A stretch of 64,000 nt of DNA from Eledone cirrhosa. Lineage: Eukaryota. The DNA is taken from the NCBI GenBank assembly GCA_964016885.1, contig OZ024762.1, positions 2,418,001 through 2,482,000 of the forward strand, read 5' to 3'. The notes under the pieces were generated by a model. The model did not search any database and had not been told where the DNA came from. It was given only the letters and a program-made list of their open reading frames with translations. Both the position numbers and the translations under genes were made by a program. Of the stretch, positions 1 through 16,500 are shown piece by piece (the first letter of the stretch is position 1; each line of letters opens with the position of its first letter).

Positions 1-38
1 AACAGTTGAACAGTAAACAGATCAATAACATAGATACT

Positions 39-430
39 GTGGTGGTGGTGGTGGTGTGGTGGTGGTGGTGGGGTGGTGGTGGTGGTGGTGGTGGTGGGGT
101 GGTGGTGTGGTGATGGTGGTGTGTGGTGGTGTGAGGGTGGAGTGGTGGTGGTGGTGGTGGTGTGGTGATGGTGGTAGTGGTGTGAGGGTGGAGTGGTGGT
201 GGTGGTGGTGTGAGGGTGGTGTGCTGGTGGTGGTGTGGTGGTGGTGGTGGTGTGTACATAGATACAGTGGAGCTGATAAGGTGGTTGTGGTGGTGGTGTG
301 GGTGGGGTGTGTCGAAGAGGTGAGGAGGAGAATAAGAACAGCAACAACACCACCTGCACCTCCACACCTGCATCCCCACCTCATCACCTCCACCACCAGC
401 AACAATGACAACAACAACGACAGCAACAAA
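39..430. repeat. (GGT)n/(CAC,AAC)n low-complexity microsatellite
   Basis: Degenerate GGT triplet run followed by CAC/AAC triplets. Confidence 0.9.
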
Positions 431-497
431 AAGTAGGAATATATGAAAAGGTGGTCCACCACAGAACCAGGAATATATGAAGTGGGGGGGGGGGGGC

Positions 498-945
498 ACA
501 ACAACCCTGGTCATCTTTTTGACTTCCATGTCCAACACACATGGACATGGTTACAAAGTCAGGAAACATCACAGCTCCCATCATTTTCAGAAACATTTTT
601 TTCACTCCCAGAGTTACTGAAGCATGGAACAAACTGCCTGCATCAGTTGTTAGCTGTCGAGACACTGCATCCTTTAAAACCTCCATGGAACAAACTCCCT
701 GCATCAGTTGTTAGCTGTCGAGACACTGCATCCTTTAAAACCTCCATGGAACAAACTCCCTGCATCAGTTGTTAGCTGTCGAGACACTGCATCCTTTAAA
801 ACCTCCATGGAACAAACTGCCTGCATCAGTTGTTAGCTGTCGAGACACTGCATCCTTTAAAACCTCCATGGAACAAACTCCCTGCATCAGTTGTTAGCTG
901 TCGAGACACTGCATCCTTTAAAACCTCCATGATTCCCGAAATTCA
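498..945 (+). mobile_element. CR1/L2-clade LINE 3' fragment with a 61-bp segment amplified five times
   Basis: Homologous to 22545-22745 of the LINE in this window. CATGGAACAAACT recurs at 623, 684, 745, 806 and 867. Confidence 0.85.
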
Positions 946-1019
946 CCGATTCACCAATACCACACCTGGTATTCCCCCATACCTGTGTGTATATCATGAC
1001 TCCTGGCTGTATTGGTAGA

Positions 1020-1108
1020 TACAACAACAGCAGCAACAACAACAGTAACAACAACAACAACAACAGTAACAACAACAACAACAACAACAGCAGCAACAAC
1101 AACAGTAA

Positions 1109-1139
<31 letters not shown>

Positions 1140-1320
1140 AGCAACAACAACAACAGTAACAACAACAACAACAACAACAGCAACAACAGTAACAACAACA
1201 ACAACAGCAGCAACAACAACTTTATATTACATATAGAAATATGACTAACAACAACATCAAGAAGAAGAAGAAGAAGAAGAAGAATGAGGATGAGAAGGAG
1301 AAGAAGAAGAATGAATGAAA
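1020..1320. repeat. (AAC)n then (GAA)n microsatellites
   Basis: Direct reading. Confidence 0.95.
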
Positions 1321-1409
1321 ACGAAGAAAAAGAAGGACCCCCCCCAATACAACCCCTCCCTCATCCCTAAACCTCCCCTCCCCCTCAAAACAAACAAAAC
1401 ATCCCTTAC

Positions 1410-1640
1410 CAAATCTACATCTGACAACTCCTCGTAGAATATAACTGGCTGAAGGTTCCGTGGAGGGTTTTCAGTGAGGTAAACACATTGGTCCCCTATT
1501 ATAATAAACTTGAAGGTTTTCTCTACGATGCAGGCCTCATATGCTCGCAGTCGGTGGTAACGTTCACTTGTGAGGGACCTTTTTAGGAAACATTCCAGCT
1601 TGTTGTTATTCCTTTGGGACCCTGAACATGGATCAAACAT
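1410..1640 (-). CDS. C12orf56: First coding exon of a C12orf56-like (DUF4551) protein; the gene continues left of the window
   Basis: RNNNKLECFLKRSLTSERYHRLRAYEACIV...VYLTENPPRNL resembles my recollection of the vertebrate C12orf56 N-terminus (RRNSRLDVFLRRHLPPEVYDAVRAYEPCIV...VYLTENPPKSI). The exon ends at a phase-0 donor TTG|GTAAGG (1410/1409). The start is either the ATG at 1640 or an acceptor TTCAG at ~1622. Confidence 0.8.
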
Positions 1641-1664
1641 GGGGGTGTTTTGTTGTGTGTGTGT

Positions 1665-3240
1665 TAGTGGCGGTGGTGTTGTTGTGGTGTTGCGGTGGTG
1701 TTGTTGTGGTGTTGCGGTGGCGGTGGTGTTGGTGGTGGTGGTGGTGGTGTTGTTGTGGTGTTGCGGTGGCGGTGGTGTTGGTGGTGGTGGTGGTGGTGTT
1801 GTTGTGGTGTTGCGGTGGCGGTGGTGTTGTGGTGGCGGTGGTGTTGGTGGTGGCGGTGGTGTTGGTGGCGGTGGTGTTGCGGTAGTGTTGGTGGTGGTGT
1901 TGTTGTGGTGGCGGTGGTGTTGCGGTGGCGGTGGTGTTGCGGTGGCGGTGGTGGCGGTGGTGTTGCGGTGGCGGTGGTGTTGGTGGTGGTGGTGTTGTTG
2001 TGGTGTTGGTGGCGGTGGTGTTGTGGTGGCGGTGGTGTTGGTGGTGGTGTTGTTGTGGTGGCGGTGGTGTTGTGGTGGCGGTGGTGTTGGTGGTGGCGGT
2101 GGTGTTGTTGTGGTGGCGGTGGTGTTGCGGTGGTGTTGGTGGTGGTGTTGCGGTGGCGGTGGTGTTGGTGGTGGCGGTGATGTTGTGGTGGTGTTGTTGT
2201 GGTGGCGGTGGTGTTGTGGTGGCGGTGGTGTTGGTGGTGGTGTTGTTGTGGTGGCGGTGGTGTTGTGGTGGCGGTGGTGTTGGTGGTGGCGGTGGTGTTG
2301 TTGTGGTGGCGGTGGTGTTGTGGTGGCGGTGGTGTTGCGGTGGTGTTGGTGGTGGTGTTGCGGTGGCGGTGGTGTTGGTGGTGGCGGTGGTGTTGGTGGT
2401 GGTGTTGTGGTGGTGGTGGTGTTGGCGGTGGTGTTGTGGTGGCGGTGGTGTTGGTGGTGGCGGTGGTGTTGTGGTGGTGTTGTTGTGGTGGCGGTGGTGT
2501 TGGTGGTGGCGGTGGTGTTGTGGTGGTGGTGGTGTTGGCGGTGGTGTTGTGGTGGCGGTGGTGTTGGTGGTGGCGGTGGTGTTGCGGTGGTGGTGTTGGT
2601 GGTGGTGTTGTGGTGGCGATGGTGTTGTGGTGCTGGTGGTGGTGGTGTTGTGGTGGCGATGGTGTTGTGGTGCTGGTGGCGATGCTGGTGGTGGTCTTGT
2701 TGGTGGTGTTGGTAGTGGTATTTGTGGGGGTGGTGGTGTTGTTGGTGGTGGTGTTGTATTGTTGGTGGTGGTAGTGTTGCTAGTAGTGGTAGTGGTGGTA
2801 TTGGTAGTAGTGGTAGTGGTGGTGTGTTGTTGGTGGTAGTGGTAGTGGTGTTGCTAGTAGTGGTAGTGATGTTGGTAGTGGTGGTGGTGTTGGTAGTAGT
2901 GGTAGTGTTAGTGGTGTTGGTAGTGGTGGTGGTGGTGGTGTTGGTAGTGGTGGTAGTGTTAGTGGTGTTGGTGGTAGTGGTAGTGGTGTTGGTAGTGGTG
3001 GTGGTGGTGGTGTTGGTAGTGGTGGTAGTGGTAGTGGTGTTGGTAGTGGTGGTGGTGTTGGTAGTGGTGGTGGTGTTGGTAGTAGTGGTAGTGGTAGTGG
3101 TGTTGGTAGTGGTGGTGGTGTTGGTAGTAGTGGTAGTGGTGGTGGTGTTGGTAGTGGTGGTGGTGTTGGTAGTGGTGGTGGTGTTGGTAGTAGTGGTAGT
3201 GGTAGTGGTGTTGGTAGTGGTGGTGGTGTTGGTGGGGTGG
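1665..3240. repeat. (GGT/GGC/GTT/GTA)n compound triplet repeat
   Basis: About 1.6 kb of G/T-rich triplets. Confidence 0.95.
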
Positions 3241-3390
3241 GGGAAGGTGTGAAGTCCCCCAGGGGTACCGGCCTACAGATATAGAGTGGGACGTATCACA
3301 GTGTAGTCAGGCCGAATGGTTTTGCTGAGATCAGCTCAGCTTTTGTAGAAACTAGCGGCGTTTCTGTTTGTTTACATGGCAGCTCGTTCG

Positions 3391-4407
3391 ACACCGCCGC
3401 CGCCGCCGCCGCCTGCACCAGCAGCAGCATCATCATCACATCAACATCAACGCTAGTAGCATCGACACCGCCGCATGCACTGTCTACATCATCATCATCA
3501 TCATCATCATCACAGTCAACAACAACACCACCGCCACCGCCGCCGCCGCCACTATGGCTACCATCATCATCATCATCGTCATCACAGTCAACAACAACGC
3601 CACCAACACCCCCACCACTATGGCTACCATCATCACAGTCAACAACAACACCGCCGCCGCCACTATCTACATCATCATCATCGTCATCACAGTCAACAAC
3701 AACGCCACCAACACCCCCACCACTATGGCTACCATCATCACAGTCAACAACAACACCACCGCCGCCACTATCTACATCATCATCATCACAGTCAACAACA
3801 ACACCACCGCCACCGCCGCCGCCGCCGCCACTATGGCTACCATCATCATCATCATCGTCATCACAGTCAACAACAACGCCACCAACACCCCCACCACTAT
3901 GGCTACCATCATCACAGTCAACAACAACACCGCCGCCGCCACTATCTACATCATCATCATCATCACAGTCAACAACAACACCAACACCGCCGCCGCCACT
4001 ATCTACATCATCATCATCATCACAGTCAACAACACCAACACCGCCGCCGCCACTATCTACATCATCATCATCATCACAGTCAACAACAACAACACCACCG
4101 CCGCCATCATCAAGTTCAACAACAACATCTACAACTTTGCCGCCGCCGCCGCCATTGTCGCAAACAACAAACATCACCAGCAACACCAACAACATCACGG
4201 CCATCACCATCACCATCACCATCACCACAATCACCGTTGTAAGCATCATCATCATCATCTAAAACGTCTTCGCCGCTGCCTCCACCGCCATCACCATCAT
4301 CCTTACAATCAACAACATTAACAACAGTCACATCAAAGACGCCGCCACAACCATCACCATCACAACCAACAACAACAACATCGCTAGCAACAGCATCACC
4401 ATCCCCA

Positions 4408-4410
<3 letters not shown>
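3391..4410. repeat. (CAT/CAA/CGC/CAC)n compound repeat with higher-order units
   Basis: Recurring CATCACAGTCAACAACAAC-based units. Confidence 0.9.
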
Positions 4411-4446
<36 letters not shown>

Positions 4447-4639
4447 TTATTATATATTATTATATATTATATATATATATTATGGAATACTGTTGGCTTC
4501 TTGCTACAATCATTTCTATACTTTTCATTTATATATATATATATCTAATATATGTATATATATATATATCTAATATATATATATATCTAATATATATATT
4601 TGTGTGTATGTATCACATATATATATATGTGTGCATGTG

Positions 4640-4705
4640 TGTATATATATATACATACTACTGTACGTCTGTATACATATGTGTATGTACGTATACATAC
4701 TTATA
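4640..4705 (+). mobile_element. Short fragment of the 466-bp hammerhead-repeat family, inverted relative to the array
   Basis: TACTGTACGTCTGTATACATATGTGTATGTACGTATACAT is nearly the reverse complement of 60770-60810. Confidence 0.7.
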
Positions 4706-5337
4706 TCTAATATATATCTGTGAAATGGGTGGTGGTTGAAATTCAAATGTGCACGGTTAAATGGTAGTAGATGTGGTCGGACTGACATGAAAATTTACAC
4801 ACCTATGTAAAAAGTGCCAAGGCAGCAAATAGACGAGGTTTCAAATCTCTAACTTGAAAAACGTGGTCCCTGGGGCCCCAAAACTATCGCGTTCGGTGAG
4901 TTATTTTCCCCTGTTCTAATACTTTTGTCTTATTTACAATTTCATACAAATAAAGCAGTAAATAAAGGATTATGAGAAAATATTAACTGTAATGTATGTA
5001 TGCATGTAGTTATGTGTTTATATGAGCGGGGATCTACAAGTAAATCTTACTTTGTGGACAGCTTATCCTTAGCATAATATTCATGCTAGAACAGCATATA
5101 TTTGAAAGTTTTCAGGGAGTTGAATTACTGATTTTGGATCGGCAGCTTTAGCTTTGAAAAAATGAAATGTGCAGTGTAAACATTTTTTATTATTCCCCCG
5201 GGGATGAATCTTCTCTGCATTTTTCCATCTCTTTCTTTCTCTCTGGAAGAAATCAGCCGTAGTAGGACCTAAAAAAATGGTTAGATACACCACGACGCAC
5301 CGTGCATCACGGTGGAGTTAAAAAGCAGACTCAGAAC

Positions 5338-5406
5338 ATGGCGTTGTGTGGGGGTGGCTCGCAGCCCAATGTTCCAGGGGGAGCAAAAGAAGAAAAAGAA
5401 AAAGAA
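5338..5406 (+). CDS. Possible short first coding exon (MALCGGGSQPNVPGGAKEEKEKE) of an unidentified gene
   Basis: AACATGGCG start context in a CpG-richer island and a phase-0 donor GAA|GTGAGC. No homology recognised and no downstream exon found. Confidence 0.2.
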
Positions 5407-6072
5407 GTGAGCTGGAGTCCTATCATATATGTAGCTTGTGTCTTAAATGGAAGGTTTAGTAGAAACAATTCATGTATAGTTTTGTACTTTTCTTTTTGTC
5501 ATTCATATATAAACAAATCAACTATATAAATTGGAAGTGGTCGGACGTTGTATATGTAGGTGTAGTCGGATAAACGTCGAAACGGCTTGGTGGAATGCAG
5601 CGAAAATTTACACAGTTATGCAGAATGACCCGAGGAGGCGTTGGGTCGACTTTCAAGCTACAATCTTCCATAGTTGAGGAGAAAATAGATGAAACAGGAA
5701 TTTCCCATTTAAATTGAACTGAGAGTAATCTGTGAACGCAGAAGTAATTATTTCGAGAAACGTTGCACCCGAACGAAAACAGGAAGACGATATTTTGGTT
5801 CGTGAAGACATTCCCTGGCAATGAACGGGAAAAAAGCGAGGATAATACGTCGTTATGTGGACCGTAGAGAACAATTTCATGCAAAGACAAGACCAAGTTT
5901 ATGGTATAAATGGAGTCGTTAGACTAATATTCTATTTAAAATAACAGAATGATTTCCAGCCCCGGAGTTTAAGAATGATGTAAATAAAATTGAAAACGAA
6001 AATGACAGAGGTTATTAAAATAGTAAAAGTAAATAGTGAAGATTTAGGCCAGTACATACGTATGCCCCGACG

Positions 6073-6103
<31 letters not shown>

Positions 6104-6104
6104 G

Positions 6105-6167
<63 letters not shown>

Positions 6168-6178
6168 GTATCTATATA

Positions 6179-6840
6179 TATTGTTATACTTTGGGAGGGT
6201 CATGTTGCCAATAAGAAACACACGCACCAGTTGCTTTCACTTCAATTTATTATAATAAATTTATAAATTTCTGGTTGGTTCCACAACCAGATAGTTGTTT
6301 ATATATAGTCATAGTTCTTTCGTCACACACTCTGTGACCTCTTCAGTGACTGGGGGATTCCTTTCTTTGTTTCTGTGCCTCTCCTTTGTTCTGTCCTACG
6401 CCATTTTGTTTCTGTGTCTGTGTTGTGTGCTCAGTCTGCGCATGCGCCACATCCAGGTGTCTGTGTGTGTTAATGTTCATTTATTTATTTGTTTATTTAC
6501 ATGTTACTGGTTGGTTGTTTGTTCTATGTGTGTGTGTGTTTTCATTTTGTCCTTAATTGTAAGTTGTGATGTTGCTGTTCCACTCATATTTTCTATTTAA
6601 TTTCAGTTGTAATTCTTTTATGTTTATTGCCTCTGTAATTTGTCTAAACATTGCGTCTTTTCTGTGTGTAGATTCTATTTTTATTTCTATGTTCTCTAAT
6701 TTACCCTTGTGTTCTATTTTAGCATGTTGGTAGAGTACAGATGATTCTTTACTATCTTGAAGGTCTCATGACCCTCCCAAAGTATAACAATATCGGTTTC
6801 AACACACGATTTCAGATAAAGAATCTTGCTAAACAAATAT
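6179..6840 (-). mobile_element. Penelope-like element remnant with an inverted terminal segment
   Basis: 6179-6203 is inverted at 6768-6794, the same sequence recurs at 40785-40880, both sides are (TA)n, and it contains a hammerhead motif. Confidence 0.65.
6307..6351 (-). ncRNA. Minimal type I hammerhead ribozyme
   Basis: Minus strand AGUCA-CUGAAGA-G-GUCACA gagug UGUGAC-GAAA-GAAC-UA|UGACU: 5-bp stem I, 6-bp stem II, 2-bp stem III, CUA triplet. Confidence 0.75.
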
Positions 6841-6841
6841 C

Positions 6842-8872
<2,031 letters not shown>

Positions 8873-9075
8873 TATATATATACATGTATGTATATATATA
8901 TATGTATACATGTATATATATGTATGTATATATATATGTATGCATATATATATGTATGTATATATATATGTATGTATATATATATACATGTATATATATA
9001 CATACATGTATATATATACATATATACATGTATATATACATGTATATATACATTATATATATACATGTATATATA

Positions 9076-9997
9076 TAGCCTTCAGTCAGACCTACTGGCT
9101 GTTACCCAATGGGCGGAAAAGAACAACATGTTACTGAACGAAGACAAATTCGAACTGATCCACTTTGGAAAAGAGGATGCTCTGAAACTCCCGTACTCCC
9201 TTCCCTCCGGGGAAACTCTCGTGGCATCTAACAACATCAGAGACTTGGGAGTAACCGTGGACAGCAACATAAGCTGGACCACGCATATAAGCAGCAAAGT
9301 TGACATGGCCCGCAGAATGTGTTCCTGGATCCTCAGAACCTTCCAGTCGAGAGATTCCCGCACCATTATCCTTCTCTTCTCTACTTTTGCCCGACCACAC
9401 CTTGAATACTGTTGTCCACTGTGGTCTCCCCACACGAAACAAAGTATCATGAAACTTGAAGCTCCTCAAAGGGCAATCACGAAAAAGATAGATGGCATGT
9501 CAGACCTTGACTACTGGGGTCGATTAGAAAACCTGAAACTTTACTCACTCCAACGTCGCCGTGAGCGTTATATTATCTGCATGATGTGGAAAATGTTCCA
9601 TCATCACTGCCCAAATGATGTTGGCATCGCCTTCAAGATACACCCAAGGCTTGGGCCCCGTGCTATCCGTCCCATTCAAAAATCTAAATCGCAACTCATA
9701 ACAACAATACGGCACAATTATTTCACCTCAATTGGCCCTGCTCTCTTCAACATCACACCAGGACACGTCAAAACAGAAACTGACCACACAAAATTCAAGA
9801 AGTCTTTGGACAAATTCCTCCAAGTAATCCCGGACAAACCACCCACACCCGGATATGTCTCCACAAACAGTAATTCTCTTCTCGAATGGGCCATGGTGCC
9901 CAAATCCTGAATTGAAAGACTTCGCCAGGTGGTGCTATTAAGTTAGACATGGCCTGGGCCAATACTGGCCAAAACATTTCAAAGTTATTCAAAGTTA
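9076..9997 (+). mobile_element. 5'-truncated CR1/L2-clade LINE (C-terminal part of ORF2 plus 3' UTR)
   Basis: Open frame LQSDL...RDLGVTVD...RPHLEYC...[11 protein letters not shown] to the stop at 9910. Short TCAAAGTTA tandem tail; inserted in (TA)n. Confidence 0.9.
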
Positions 9998-10608
9998 TAT
10001 ACACATGCATATATATACATACATGTATATATATACGTGTATATATATACATGTATATTTATATATACATGTATATTTATATATACATATACATGTATAT
10101 ATACACATATATATACAATATATATATGTATGTATATATATATACATGCATATATATACAAACATGTATATATACATGTATATATATACACATGTATATA
10201 TATATACATGTATATATATACATGTATATATATATACATGTATATATATACATGTATATATACATGTATATGTATACATGTATATGTATATATACATGTA
10301 TAGATATACATGTATAGATATACATGTATATATATATACATGTATGTATATATATACATGTATATATATACATACATGAATATATATACATATATGTATA
10401 TATATACACGTATATGTATATATATACACGTATATATACATGTATATATATGTACATGTATATATATGTACATGTATATATATATACATGTATATATATA
10501 CATGTATATATATATACACATGTATATATATATACATGTATATAAATATATATACATGTATATAAATATAAATACATGTATATAAATATATACACATGTA
10601 TATATATA
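9998..10608. repeat. (TA)n/CATG microsatellite
   Basis: Direct reading. Confidence 0.95.
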
Positions 10609-10918
10609 GTACCAGTCTAGTACTGTGGTCGATTCTTCCTCTACACTTCTCTAGAAGAAATCCGCTGTATTCAGACCTGGGCTCTGCCAGCTTTTAAAAA
10701 GAGCCCTAGAAACACTGTATATCAATGCGTTGCCTCTATGACTCCCTCGGGAGTTACCTGTCCATACATATAACTCTCACAGCTTGGAAGTTCTGTATGT
10801 AAGTCTTTAAAAAACATTTCACCAGTACACTCAGCTGAGGAGTTAATCCTGCGATAGACCAGTGTCGTATCCAGGGAGAGTCTTATACTCTCAGACACTT
10901 AATTCCAAAGAAACTGGT
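10608..10918. repeat. Diverged repeat with an inverted copy at ~22990-23305
   Basis: Colinear reverse-complement similarity, e.g. AGTACCAGTCTAGTA vs TACTAGACTGGTACT and CTCTCAGACACTTAA vs TTAAGTGTCTGAGAG. Confidence 0.75.
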
Positions 10919-11117
10919 GAGAAGCTTAGAACAGACATAGATAATTAGATCAGGCCAGGTAGTAGTTCGTAGGGGTTCTTGATATGGTAAACATTGAAAC
11001 TATTGCTTTCCACAGACCCTCTGAGTCTCCCCCTCTCTCTCAACCGAGCAAATGAAGTTTTCTTGGTAAATACGACTTTAACTCTACTTTTACAAACAAA
11101 CAACTAATTTCTTAATT

Positions 11118-11893
11118 AATATAAGGTGACCTTCCTCCCTATCTTATGTCTGAGAAATGGACAAAAATCCAAATATTAATTACGTAGAATCTGAAGTTGG
11201 CGAAAATCGTCAAACTATTGACTCCCTATATAAGTCAACCCCTTTCTACTATCGATTTTTTGGTTACATATTCGTGTATATCCCGTTATATATGTAAAAA
11301 ATACTAGCAGTTCCTTAATGGCTATATATCCTGTTATATTTATATAGAGAGAAACGGAAAGAAAGCGAGATAACACTCGGAATATGTCGTGTTATCTCGC
11401 TTTCTTTCCGTTTCTTTTTTTTTTAAAAAGAAGGAAAATGTTAGCTATAAGTATGACTATTTGACTCTGTAGAATTGCGGCTTGTGCGTGGCGCTGCACG
11501 TAGCGTTTCTGGCTTCGATGTCGTACTTCGGTATGGCTGACCACTCGATCGTGTCTGAAGTTCGAATCGTTGCGGGGTCGGCCGGGACCGTTGCAGGCTG
11601 GCTTTATGCTGGCCTGCTCTCCCGCCTCGCATGAGTTTTTGCTAAAAAAAAAATTGACGAGAGTTATCTCCCTTTGATTTGAATTATTTGCCCTTTGTTG
11701 ACATTGAACTACTTCCGGTTTGTGGAACTCTTCTTCCTTTGTTGTCATTTCTTCAGTGTATTGAAGCTGTAACATCATTCTATTTACTCTGGGACTATTA
11801 CTGATATTTGGATATTACGTTCGTGTAAAGAGGTATGTAAAGTTTTATTTGCCGTATATACACACTCACAGATATTATTGAGACACAAAAATG
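11118..11893. repeat. Left arm of a ~770-bp inverted duplication (right arm 18465-19212)
   Basis: Near-identical reverse complement over ~11290-11893, more diverged outside this core. Confidence 0.92.
11477..11640 (+). ncRNA. Putative Pol III-transcribed structured small RNA, copy 1 (family unidentified)
   Basis: TATAAG at -31 (11446), A-box-like TGGCGCTGCACG, B box GTTCGAATC (11560-11568), 5'/3' closing stem GCUUGUGCGUGGCG/CGCCUCGCAUGAGU, TTTTT terminator. Confidence 0.6.
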
Positions 11894-13589
11894 CATACAT
11901 TCTCGTAATGTTTTAGTTGCCATGTCTTTTAAATTTATTCTAAACCTCCTTCCGAGAAACAAACAAAATAATATATACACGTAGCTACCTCTACTAACTA
12001 AACATACATGTTACTTTCCTCTATCATGAAGCATCTGTAAGTAAATATAACGAAGCCTACTCTCTATACACATTTTATTATCTTATAAACCTTATACTAT
12101 ACCATCGTAATTTCTACCTCGGCATCACCACTCTCTCTTGCACACTTCATATACCTTTTTAACAACTATATATTTATATTATAATCGTATCTCGATTACA
12201 TATACACCTTCTCTGTATATACCCTCATCATACACAGTATCCGGGGCTATATAAGAAACTGTAGTATATAGAATACATACCCTCTCTCTATACATAAACA
12301 CACTTCGAAGTATTGTATATATGCAGTATCTACATACACACAAGGCAAAGTTAAAACCCTCTTCTCTACTACTTTTCCCGAGGATACTTACATAAAACTC
12401 TGGATATTTTATCAAGGCATCTATTTTTTGTATGTAAAAGACATTATATTCACTATCCTTCTCAATAGAGGAAAAAAACTCCCCATACATACAGTTTTTT
12501 TATAGAATACACTGCCTTGTTATATAAATATTGTACACATGTGGGTATATAATACACTTCTATATATATAGAAACTTACTACTAGATATTGTGTGTACAC
12601 AGCAAAGAATCTACTTTTTGTATGTAGAGACTCCCCTGTAACATCTAGAAGGCATATATTTACTATTTGTTAATACCCTCTGTTTCTTTCCAGGTATGTT
12701 GAAGATCTCCGCCAGCCCAACTGAGTGTGTAAATACACACAGTCGTCTCAAGAAATAAAATAACTCCAACAACAAAATGTAGTTTATTTATTGATCTTTA
12801 TTTCACATTACACTTACTTATAAGTATATTCTATAGAACATTTTTTATAATATATATATATAGGAATCAACAACTGTGTATACACGGTACTCCTGTGTGT
12901 ATATAACTAGTGGATTGTTAAACTTCATAGTAAAACACATGCCTAGAGATAAAAAGGTATTAACATGCGAGAGAATTGAGTTTTCTTATATACAGAGAGT
13001 ACGTTTTCTATCTAGAGGGGAACAAGGTAGTATTAATATAATTTGTGAGAAATACCCTTCTTACTGAAAGAAGTAAGTGTGGTGCTATAGAAAAGTTACT
13101 TTGAGAATGGAAACTGTGTATATATAATACAGTAATCCTAGTAAGAGGTTATAATATCTATACAGGGTTATGTGGATATTCTATATCTCTCTCATACTTA
13201 CCAGTAAGTATATAGGTATTAATAAAGAAGTTTCATATTATAAACATTTATAATGTGTATTTATACAGTATTCTAGTAAGTTTATTTCCTTCTGTGTATA
13301 GAATAAATTTGTATTCTATATCTCTCCCAGTATGTATATAGGAATAGAAGTATGAACTCAGTTCGAAACATCTTTCATGAAAGAAATGTATCTAATGCAG
13401 TATTCTAGTGAGGCCATTTCTTTCTGTATGTATACATATGCCTAGAGATAGAAGGGTGTTAATATGTATGGATTCTATAGAAGTAAGTGTATATATACAC
13501 ATGGTTTTAAGGTAATAGCATCCTATAGAATATACATACTTATATACATCTAGAGAAGAAAGTTTAACTCCTTAGCTATATTTATATAA

Positions 13590-16500
13590 ACATACATATG
13601 TGTGTATATATATACACATATGTATGTGTATATATACATACATATGTGTATATATACATACATATGTATATATACATACATATGTGTATATATACATACA
13701 TATGTATATATATACGTATGTATATATACATACATATGTATGTATATATACATATATACATATGTATATATACATACATATGTGTATGTATATATACATG
13801 TGTATGTATACATACATATGTTTGTATACATACATGTATGTATATATACATACGTATGTATATATACATATGTATGTATACATACATATGTATGTATACA
13901 TACATATGTATGTATATAAATACATACGTATGTATATATACATGTGTATGTATACATACATACGTATGTATATATATATACATATGTATGTATATATACA
14001 TACGTATGTATACATACATATGTATGTATACATACACATGTATATATATACATGTATATATACATACGTATGTATACATACATGTGTATGTATACATACA
14101 TATGTATGTATACATACATGTGTATGTATACATACATATGTATATATACATACGTATGTATGTATACATACATGTGTATGTATATATACATATGTATGTA
14201 TACACATACGTATATATACATATGTATGTATATATACATACATATGTATGTATACATACACATACGTATGTATGTATACATGCATACATACGTATGTATA
14301 TATACATACGTATGTATACATACACATGTATATATACATACGTATGTATATATATACATACGTATGTATACATACATACATATGTATGTATACATACATA
14401 TGTATGTATACATATGTATATATACATACATATGTATATATACATACGTATGTATATATACATACGTATGTGTATACATATGTATGTATACATACATGTG
14501 TATGTATATATACATACATATGTATATATACATATGTATGTATACACATACGTATGTATGTATACATACACATACGTATGTATATATACATACATACGTA
14601 TGTATACATACACATGTATGTGTACATACATATGTATGTACACATACATATGTATATATACATACATGTGTATGTATATATACATACGTATGTATACATA
14701 CATACGTATGTATACATACACATGTATATATACATACATGTGTATGTATATATACATACATATGTATGTATACACATACGTATGTATGTATATATACATA
14801 CATATGTATACATACGTATGTATATATACATACATACGTATGTATACATACACATGTATGTATGTGTACATACATACGTATGTACACATACATATGTATA
14901 TATACATACATGTGTATGTATACACATACGTATGTATATATACATACATACGTATGTATACATACATGTGTATGTATATATACATACATGTGTATGTATA
15001 TATACATACATATGTATATATACATATGTATGTATACACATACGTATGTATATATACATATGTATGTATATATACATACGTATGTATACATACACATGTA
15101 TGTATGTGTACATACATACGTATGTACACATACATATGTATATATACATACATGTGTATGTATACACATACGTATGTATATATACATACATACGTATGTA
15201 TACATACATGTGTATGTATATATACATATATGTGTATGTATATATACATACATATGTATATATACATATGTATGTATATGTGTATGTATATATACATACA
15301 TATGTATATATACATATGTATGTATACACATACGTATGTATATATACATATGTATGTATATATACATACGTATGTATACATACATATGTATGTATATATA
15401 CATACGTACGTATGTATACATACATATGTATGCATACATACGTATGTATATATACATACGTATGTATACATACATATGTATGTATACATACGTATGTATA
15501 TATATACATACGTATGTGTATACATACATGTGTATGTATATATACATACATATGTATATATATATGTATACATACATGTGTATGTATATATACATACATA
15601 TGTATGTATACACATACGTATGTATATATACATACATATGTATATATACATATGTATGTATACATACACATACGTATGTATATATACATACACATGTATG
15701 TATGTGTACATACATGTGTATGTATGTATACATACACATGTATATATACATGCATACGTATATATACATACATATGTATGTATGTATATACATACATACA
15801 TGTGTATGTATATATACGTGTATGTATACATACATACGTATGTGTATATACATACGTATGTATATATACATATGTATGTATATATATATACATGTGTATG
15901 TATACATACGTATGTATATATACATACATATGTATATATACATATGTATGCATACGTATGTATATATACATATGTATACATACATGTGTATGTATATATA
16001 CATACATATGTATACATACATATGTATATATACATGTGTATGTATGTATGTATATATATACATATGTATGTATATACATACGTATGTGTATACATATGTA
16101 TGTATACATACACATGTATATATACATACATATGTATGCATACATACATATGTATGCATACATACGTATGTATATATACATACATATATACATGTGTATG
16201 TATACATACATACGTATGTATACATACACATACGTATGTATATATACATATGTATGTATATATACATACACATGTATGTATGTATACATACATGTGTATG
16301 TATATATGCATACATGTGTATGTATATATGCATACGTATGTATATATACATACGTATGTATATATACATATGTATGTATATATACATACGTATGTATGTA
16401 TATATACATACATATGTATACATATATACATACGTATGTATGTATATATACATATGTATACATACATATGTATATATATACATATGTATGTATACATACA

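Noticed and set aside
11477-11640. Identification as SRP/7SL, 7SK, Y RNA, tRNA or telomerase RNA
   Set aside because: Only a loose Alu-domain-like 5' resemblance. There is no SRP S-domain, no Ro-binding stem, no cloverleaf and no CUAACCC template, so the family is left unassigned.
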